DNA from: a bacterium
Lineage (GTDB): Bacteria; Zhuqueibacterota; Zhuqueibacteria; Residuimicrobiales; Krinioviventaceae
NCBI GenBank assembly: GCA_963693055.1
Contig: OY843751.1
Coordinates: forward strand, 2,944,001-3,008,000
Direction: 5' to 3'
Length of the DNA stretch: 64,000 nt
Each line of letters opens with the position of its first letter. The first letter of the stretch is position 1. The notes beneath the pieces are model-generated. The model searched no databases, was not told where the DNA came from, and was given only the letters and a program-made list of their open reading frames with translations. Shown piece after piece: positions 57,706-64,000 of this stretch. Both the position numbers and the translations under genes were made by a program.

Positions 57706-58266
57706 ATGAATCAGGAACAACTTGAATCAGTAATAAAATTAGCTCAACAGGGTGATCAAAAAGCCTTGGGTGAATTGATTGATACATTCGCAGAATCCGT
57801 ACATGGTTTCATCTACCACATTATTGGTAGACGTAACGATGTTGAGGATCTCGCTCAGGATACATTTATTAAAATGATATCCGGTATAAATTATTATCAA
57901 CCCAAAGCCCCATTCAGGGCTTGGCTCTTTCGCATTACTCTGAATGTATGCAGAGATTACATGCGTAAGAAAAAAGTTAGAAACATTGTTTCATTTATCA
58001 CTCAGGATTATAATGATGAAAAAGATATTGTTATTAGCGATTCTTCTCCCAATCCTGAAAAAGAAATGATAATTAAAGATTCGATGGAACAATTAGAAAA
58101 AGCGGTACAACAATTGCCATATCCATTGAAAACAGTTTTTTTGTTACGTGACGTTCAGGAATTATCTTATGAAGAAATTGCTGAAACGTTAAACTGGCAA
58201 TTAGGTACCGTTAAATCAAGGTTATTCAGGGCAAGAAATGAAATTGCTCAATTATTAAATACTTGA
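57706..58266 (+). CDS. ECF sigma-70 factor
   Basis: EDLAQDTF, FRAWLFRI..N, LSYEEIAE.L...GTVKSRLFRAR. Confidence 0.93.
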   Translation: MNQEQLESVIKLAQQGDQKALGELIDTFAESVHGFIYHIIGRRNDVEDLAQDTFIKMISGINYYQPKAPFRAWLFRITLNVCRDYMRKKKVRNIVSFITQDYNDEKDIVISDSSPNPEKEMIIKDSMEQLEKAVQQLPYPLKTVFLLRDVQELSYEEIAETLNWQLGTVKSRLFRARNEIAQLLNT

Positions 58267-58278
58267 AGGAAATATAGT

Positions 58279-58677
58279 ATGAAACGTTTTATAAAAAAAA
58301 TGTTTGCAAACTATGACCGAATGAACGACGAAAATTTCTCAAATCCGAATGAGCAAACAAAAGAAATTATAGAACAAGCAAAAGCTTTGCGTAACTATAC
58401 CGTCTCACCCTATTTCACTCAAAAAGTTTTAGCAAACGCAAAAACAAGGAATCAAGAGGTTTGGGATTATTTGAACTTTTTACCCCAATCTAAAATGCGA
58501 TTGGCGATGGCTGCCTTGATTCTTTTAATTTTCACTGTTGTTAACATTCCTGTTCAAGATCAGGAATCTGGTATAGCTCAAGCTAGTACAGATTTACAAT
58601 TTATTGTCAGCGGTGTGACTACTACTATTAACCTTGATACCAATGACCAGGTATTACAATTCGCACTCTCGGAATAG
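58279..58677 (+). CDS. Putative single-TM anti-sigma factor
   Basis: Directly after the ECF gene; SPYFTQKVL, one TM helix. Confidence 0.55.
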   Translation: MKRFIKKMFANYDRMNDENFSNPNEQTKEIIEQAKALRNYTVSPYFTQKVLANAKTRNQEVWDYLNFLPQSKMRLAMAALILLIFTVVNIPVQDQESGIAQASTDLQFIVSGVTTTINLDTNDQVLQFALSE

Positions 58678-58696
58678 TAAGCAGGAGCAATTAAAA

Positions 58697-59119
58697 ATGC
58701 TAAGATCTCAAAAAACGGCAATAACCAGTTTGGTTCTTGTTTTTTTGTTCGGTATTTTTTGCGGTATCGCATCGGAAAGGTTTGTTTTTAATAAAATCGA
58801 CAGACAGCACAAAAAGCGCCGTGAATCTTTGGAACAAAAATTCACAAGAGAGTTGGAACTGAATGAAGACCAGGTTGTACAACTTAAAACATTGTTTAAA
58901 GAAACAAAAAAGAAACACCATGATATTCGTAAATTGACTGATTCAATGTATGACAGTGTTCGTGTAGACTTTGATATGCAATTAAACGGATTTTTGGATC
59001 AAGATCAGCAATTAAAATTCGCTCAGCTTCAGGAAGAATGGAGACAACGGAAAGAAAAAGAACGACTTGAAAAAGAAGCCAGAGATAAAAAAAGAAAAGA
59101 AAAAGCTGAGAGAAATTAA
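58697..59119 (+). CDS. Spy/CpxP-like periplasmic helical protein
   Basis: N-terminal TM, LELNEDQ and LDQDQ (LTxxQ-like) motifs; AGGAG RBS. Confidence 0.65.
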   Translation: MLRSQKTAITSLVLVFLFGIFCGIASERFVFNKIDRQHKKRRESLEQKFTRELELNEDQVVQLKTLFKETKKKHHDIRKLTDSMYDSVRVDFDMQLNGFLDQDQQLKFAQLQEEWRQRKEKERLEKEARDKKRKEKAERN

Positions 59120-59132
59120 ATCGTTATTGAAA

Positions 59133-60828
59133 CTAGTGTAAAAGAAGCATCTTTTTCCATTCTACAGTATTACTAGTTTTCACGCAACATAAATACACTC
59201 CACTTGCTAATTTATTAGCATCCCAATTTATAAAAATAGTTCCCCCTAGCTTGAATTCCATTCACTAAAGTTTCTACTAATTCTCCATTTATAGAATATA
59301 TTGAAATATCAATATGTGTAGTCATTGAAACATCGTATTGGATGTTTGTAGCAGGATTAAAAGGATTAGGATAATTTTGATACAAACAAAATGTATTCAG
59401 GAATTTTGGTTCCTCGGCAATTTCTGTTGGAAAACTTGTTTTGATGTAATTCTCCCGTGTTAATGAACCGCTTCCCCCTGGTCCTGAAATAATCAAAGTT
59501 ACTGAAATTGAATCCACTTTATTAAATACAATTTGAGGATTTTGTTCAGTGCTGGTACCAAAATCACCAAAACTCCAATTGTAATTATCTATCAAGCCGG
59601 ATGATAAATCAGTAAATTGTACGGTTAATGGAATAGTACCGGAAACAGGAGTTGCTTCAAAATTTGCGTTGCATGAAATATCTTCTTTTATCATGGTTAT
59701 CATGGATTTTGTACCATTGTCAATGTCGTATTCATCTGCATCTGCACCACAAAAACAATAACTATTCTCATTACAATTGATTATATATCTTCCATTTGAA
59801 CTGTTACCATCTCCTTTAAAATATTCTCGCCACAGCTCCTTTCCATTGGCATCAGTACGCAAAACCATAGCACTTTGATTAGGATACAAAGCTAAAGAAC
59901 GATATCCTGTTAATATATATCCGCCATCAGGTGTTTTGACCATATGATTAACAGTCAACCAATTTAAATCTGATTCAAAAAATGTTTGTCGTTTTGTTAC
60001 AAAACCATCAATATCTGTAACGCACAAAGTTACAAACCCTTTTTGAGTAGCAGGATCAATATCATTATAGCAAAAGCCAAAAGTGCCATCAGCGTTTTGC
60101 ACTACAGCTTTGGCAGTTAAATTATAAGTATAATCCTGTGACTTTATTTCTTCAAAACGCTGCCACTCTAGCAAACCATCGTATGATATTTTGAGTATAA
60201 CAGGTTTATTATCAATCTGCCCGGATAGAATATAACCACCATCCAGAGTTGTTGTTGCATTTTCTATTATATCTTTGGTCTGTGTTTCATGCACCACTGA
60301 CCATACCATATTACCATGATCGGTAATATGGCACCACCATACATTATTATCAATTGTTGAGCCATATAATAAATAATCGTGGTCAGTGCAGGTGATTTGA
60401 TTTTGATTTTCAAACAAAAATGCGGCGGGTTGAGCGCGAATCAAGCTGGTAACACTATTGGCGGAAATGCTTTCGGATAGATTAATAGTCCAGAAAACAT
60501 CAAAATTTGCATTTAATTTTGCGGCATAAACGTTTCCAGAGTCACGAAAAGTGATAAAATAACCACTGTCAAAAGATGCCAGGGCAAGAGATTGATATTT
60601 TTTCTCCTCATATTTTACATTCCCGGTTGAATCCATCAGGATCAAATACGATCCACTGAGAAGGAAATCACCATTATTATTTATATCAACCATCTGGGCA
60701 TAGCGATCAGGTGCGTCATATGAGAATTCGCCAAATGAATAGCTCCATAATGTGGTAATGGATTGGGAAAAAGAAGCCCCTGCAAATATAAATAATAGTA
60801 TTACAAATACTCTAAAGTTCTGTGACAT
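59133..60828 (-). pseudogene. Secreted beta-propeller/PKD protein with C-terminal sorting domain; frameshifted and cut off from its RBS by an IS
   Basis: Signal peptide, DGGYI repeats, PKD (W.FGD, EQNP), LYQNYPNPFNP. The tail WDANKLASGVY...KKMLLLH* continues in a different frame to 59133. Confidence 0.7.
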
Positions 60829-60838
60829 TATAATTTAC
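60829..60838. repeat. Left target-site duplication TATAATTTAC
   Basis: Identical to 62270-62279. Confidence 0.9.
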
Positions 60839-62269
60839 CAGGACACCCCCGAAAAATCACAAATCATATTACTGTAAGTAATAAAAAATAATGGAGATAG
60901 AAGCAAAAAAAGCTTGTAAAAATAAAAAAAGGTTGCCTCATTATAGTTGACAGACCATAATATAGGAGGCAACCCATGGACATCACAAAACGAGTCCAAG
61001 TAAAACTTAATCAAGTGACAGCGAAATATCAAGCAGAATTCAACCGACCGGACTATAAATTTATCAGAGACATGCATTATGGGATACTTTGCTCCGGGCA
61101 TGTACATTTAAATAAAATCGCATCAACCCTAAAGGAAGAGACGAGCCTAAAAAAGACAACAGAACGAATGTCAAACCATCTGGGCCGACCAGGATTTGAC
61201 AGAGAATTAACCATTAGTCATCTGAAAATAAACAAAAGAAGGTTTTCGGATTCGAAATACTTGATAGCAGATATGAGTGATATAATCAAGCCTTATGCGG
61301 AAAAGATGGAAGGGCTTGATCGTGTTTATGATGGTAGTACCAAAGAACTAGGGAATGGATACTGGCAACTGAATATCATTGGAGTTGATAAAACCGGTAC
61401 ATCCATCATGCCGCTGGTGAGTACGCTTTGGGCGACGGATCAGGAAGAAGGCAAAGGTATTTCAGAGAACAAGAAAATCCTCGAATCCGTGGACACGATT
61501 CGAGAACATATTCATGGAGAACAGATAGTTGTTTATGATCGCGGAGGTGATCGTAGCAAACTGATGAACAAATGGATTAAGCAAAAACAACACTTTATAA
61601 TACGGCAAACCGGGTACCGGGATATATTTGTTCAAGGAGTAAAGAAGAATTTAAAGAAATATGCCGAAAAAATCCGTCCCAGTACTGAAATTACCGTGCA
61701 GAAAAAACGCCGGAACAGGCTGATAAAGCGATGTTTTCAATGCGGTGCCCGTAAGGTATATCTGCCAAAGCAGTATGGGGATGGCCCAATGAACACCGGA
61801 TTATGGTTGATTTCAGTCACTGAACCCGGCAAAGGCAAAAGCTGGTTTTTAAGCTTTATACCGGCAGAGACTGAACGTGAGGCCATAGAGATTACGATGG
61901 AAGGCTATGGTTACCGGTGGAAAATTGAAGAGGTACATCGTCAAATAAAAAATGATTATCATCTTGAAGACATTTGCCTTAAAAGGTATGTTGCGCTAAA
62001 AAATTTTAATGCCCTGTTTTGGAATGTCATGAGTTTTATCTATTGTCATTTGGATAATATTTGTTTACATATTTTAGATCAATCTCAAGCTCCGTTGGTG
62101 TATAGAAGGAAATTAAACGAGTTTATTGGGTTTGTTTATTATAAACTGGCAAAGGCATTAAGGATCATTTTACCCAATATAAAGCTCAGAAAATTAAAGT
62201 GTAATAATCATGCCGGTGACAAAAATCAATTATTTTTGGCCCTCGAATAAAAAAATCGGGGGTACCCTG
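60839..62269 (+). mobile_element. IS4-family insertion sequence, 1431 bp
   Basis: TIRs CAGGACACCCCCGA / CAGGGTACCCCCGA (12/14 match), flanked by the 10-bp direct repeat TATAATTTAC. Confidence 0.92.
60976..62250 (+). CDS. IS4-family DDE transposase
   Basis: IADMSD, VYDRGG, YGYRWKIEEVHRQIK (Y-2-R-3-E-6-K signature); AGGAGG RBS. Confidence 0.92.
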   Translation: MDITKRVQVKLNQVTAKYQAEFNRPDYKFIRDMHYGILCSGHVHLNKIASTLKEETSLKKTTERMSNHLGRPGFDRELTISHLKINKRRFSDSKYLIADMSDIIKPYAEKMEGLDRVYDGSTKELGNGYWQLNIIGVDKTGTSIMPLVSTLWATDQEEGKGISENKKILESVDTIREHIHGEQIVVYDRGGDRSKLMNKWIKQKQHFIIRQTGYRDIFVQGVKKNLKKYAEKIRPSTEITVQKKRRNRLIKRCFQCGARKVYLPKQYGDGPMNTGLWLISVTEPGKGKSWFLSFIPAETEREAIEITMEGYGYRWKIEEVHRQIKNDYHLEDICLKRYVALKNFNALFWNVMSFIYCHLDNICLHILDQSQAPLVYRRKLNEFIGFVYYKLAKALRIILPNIKLRKLKCNNHAGDKNQLFLALE

Positions 62270-62279
62270 TATAATTTAC
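62270..62279. repeat. Right target-site duplication TATAATTTAC
   Basis: Identical to 60829-60838. Confidence 0.9.
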
Positions 62280-62405
62280 CCCTTGTAATTAATTCAGTCA
62301 CACAATCGCGAGTCATTTCCGTAAAAGCTAATAATAGTAAAGGTATGTGTAATATAAAACATAAATAATTGTATAATTATTCAAAACAATAAATTGGATT
62401 TATTG

Positions 62406-63494
62406 TTATCTCTTTTTTATGGATTTCCCCTCTTGTTTATATAATTTTTGCCATTTTTCTTTATCAGCTTTATTAGCACCCAACTTTTGACGGTCATTTA
62501 AATATTGTGCTTCTCTCATCATTTTATGAAAACTTTCAAGTCTTTCCTGAGCCAGATCCCCATCTATAACAGCCTGCTTGACGGCACAATTGGGTTCTTT
62601 TAAATGCTTACAGTCATTAAATTTACAATATTGCGCAAACTCTTCAATTTCCTGAAATGTATCTTCAACATCATCTTCACCAGCTAAAAGTACAATTTCA
62701 CGCATCCCGGGATTATCCATTATTAATCCACCATCAGGCAACAGTATCAACTCTCTATTTGTTGTGGTATGCTGGCCCTTGTTAACACTTTCACTGATTT
62801 CACCGATTTTTTGGCGATCATTTCCCAATAATTTATTGATAATCGTTGATTTACCAACACCAGAGGAGCCAAGTAAAGCAACAGTATTTCCTGTTTCAAA
62901 AAAAGATTTAAACAAATCAAGATTATCATCAGTTATAGCGCTTATTGCATGAATGGGAACTCCAAACGCTATTTCTTCGATATCAGATATAATTGAATCA
63001 ATATCATCACATAGATCTGCCTTGTTTAAAACAATTACAGGATCCGCTCCGCTGTTATATACAAGGGTAAGATAGCGTTCAATACGGCGTAAATTGTAAT
63101 CCCGATCAAGGCCGGTAACTAAAAATATTGTGTCAACATTTGCCCCTATGAGTTGTTTTTCTGAGGTGCTAAGATTTTGTTTTTTGCGATTTCCAGCAGC
63201 AATTCTTGATATCTGGGTCTTGCGCGTAAGAATAGTTTCAATAACTCCGGTACCGTCACCAAGCAACCTTAGCACAACCCAGTCACCAACGGTAGGTAAA
63301 TCCAGTTTAGATTCTGCTTTGTGTCTTATTTTTCCGGCAAGTTTTGCGGTTACTTCTTTATCTGCAGTGAGTACAAGATATTCGGATTTTTGTTCCAGAA
63401 ATATTCTACCCGGTACAATGTCCTGAGCACTAAAATTAGCAAACTCTGATTCAAAGTTTGAATTCCAACCGAGCTGCATTAATCTATCATTCAT
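62406..63494 (-). CDS. rsgA: Ribosome small subunit-dependent GTPase A
   Basis: VGDWV, NKAD, GSSGVGKS, GQHTTT, DNPG, CKFNDCKH..EPNC. Confidence 0.95.
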   Translation of the reverse strand: MNDRLMQLGWNSNFESEFANFSAQDIVPGRIFLEQKSEYLVLTADKEVTAKLAGKIRHKAESKLDLPTVGDWVVLRLLGDGTGVIETILTRKTQISRIAAGNRKKQNLSTSEKQLIGANVDTIFLVTGLDRDYNLRRIERYLTLVYNSGADPVIVLNKADLCDDIDSIISDIEEIAFGVPIHAISAITDDNLDLFKSFFETGNTVALLGSSGVGKSTIINKLLGNDRQKIGEISESVNKGQHTTTNRELILLPDGGLIMDNPGMREIVLLAGEDDVEDTFQEIEEFAQYCKFNDCKHLKEPNCAVKQAVIDGDLAQERLESFHKMMREAQYLNDRQKLGANKADKEKWQKLYKQEGKSIKKR

Positions 63495-63499
63495 TATTA

Positions 63500-64000
63500 T
63501 TATATATCCTTTTTGCGATTGCCATAGGCATGCGCTAAGCCACCGAATGAAGTTTCACGATATAAAGAAGGCAGATCATGACCTGTTTTCTTCATTACAT
63601 CAACAACTTCATCAAAATCTATATGATGTGTTCCATCAGAAAAAATTGCATAATCGGCACACCCTAGTGCACGTGTTGCAGCATGCGCATTTCGTTCAAT
63701 ACATGGAATTTGTACCAACCCCTGAACAGGATCACATGTCAATCCCAAATGATGTTCCAGTCCCATTTCAGCTGCATATTCAATTTGACGAATGGTTCCA
63801 CCCAGTAGTTGCGTAGCAGCAGCAGATGCCATGGCACAGGCTGTTCCCACTTCACCCTGGCAACCGACCTCAGCTCCGGAAATGGATGCATTATATTTTA
63901 CAAGATTTCCTACCAAACCCGCTGTGGCTAATGCACGAAGTATATGTTTTTCATTACATTTAACCGTTTCAAAAAGGTATCTCATAACTGCTGGCAATAC
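63500..64000 (-). CDS. sdaA: Fe-S L-serine dehydratase, 5'-partial
   Basis: SISGAEVGCQGEVG, EHHLGLTCDP, PCIERN, YRETSFGGLA. Confidence 0.93.
   Translation of the reverse strand, partial: VLPAVMRYLFETVKCNEKHILRALATAGLVGNLVKYNASISGAEVGCQGEVGTACAMASAAATQLLGGTIRQIEYAAEMGLEHHLGLTCDPVQGLVQIPCIERNAHAATRALGCADYAIFSDGTHHIDFDEVVDVMKKTGHDLPSLYRETSFGGLAHAYGNRKKDI

Noticed and set aside
60835-61107. 90-aa antisense ORF at the left end of the IS
   Set aside because: It overlaps the transposase and TIR and has no recognisable motif.
209-63816. Numerous 60-140 aa ORFs antisense to or nested in long genes
   Set aside because: Shadow ORFs of well-supported genes, with no RBS or motifs.
1-64000. tRNA, rRNA, CRISPR arrays, riboswitches, tandem repeats
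   Set aside because: None were recognised by eye. Intergenic regions are short and AT-rich; an Infernal/Rfam scan would be needed to exclude structured RNAs, including a lysine riboswitch.

Overview
AT-rich bacterial chromosomal window, gene-dense and mostly on the minus strand. The FlgD-Ig/'NYPNPFNP' sorting tails, Rsb cluster and multiheme cytochrome suggest an FCB-related anaerobe such as KSB1/Calditrichota (inference). From left to right: a multiheme cytochrome c plus a Cyc2-like cytochrome-porin; a housekeeping run (DUF1080, PfkB, PBP1A, M50 protease, DUF62, deoxynucleoside kinase); a partner-switching cluster with five SpoIIE phosphatases, RsbV and RsbW but no sigma factor; an AmmeMemoRadiSam system whose members carry export signals; and an output-less REC-PAS-GAF protein. 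The top candidate novel system is a TrmB-headed 8-gene operon (ALDH7/AmaB, omega-aminotransferase, homoisocitrate-dehydrogenase-like, HMG-CoA-lyase-like, class III CoA-transferase, homoaconitase-like large and small subunits). It reads as a reverse alpha-aminoadipate pathway for CO2-fixing lysine catabolism. After it come a long KamA-family enzyme, an OMP-CpoB fusion, der, an LPP20/TPR-SLH/FlgT/CsgG/FecR envelope cluster, an ECF sigma trio, a PKD protein gene hit both by an intact IS4-family element (10-bp TSD) and by a frameshift, rsgA and a partial sdaA. No rRNA, tRNA or CRISPR array was recognised. All calls come from motif reading by eye; no database searches were run.
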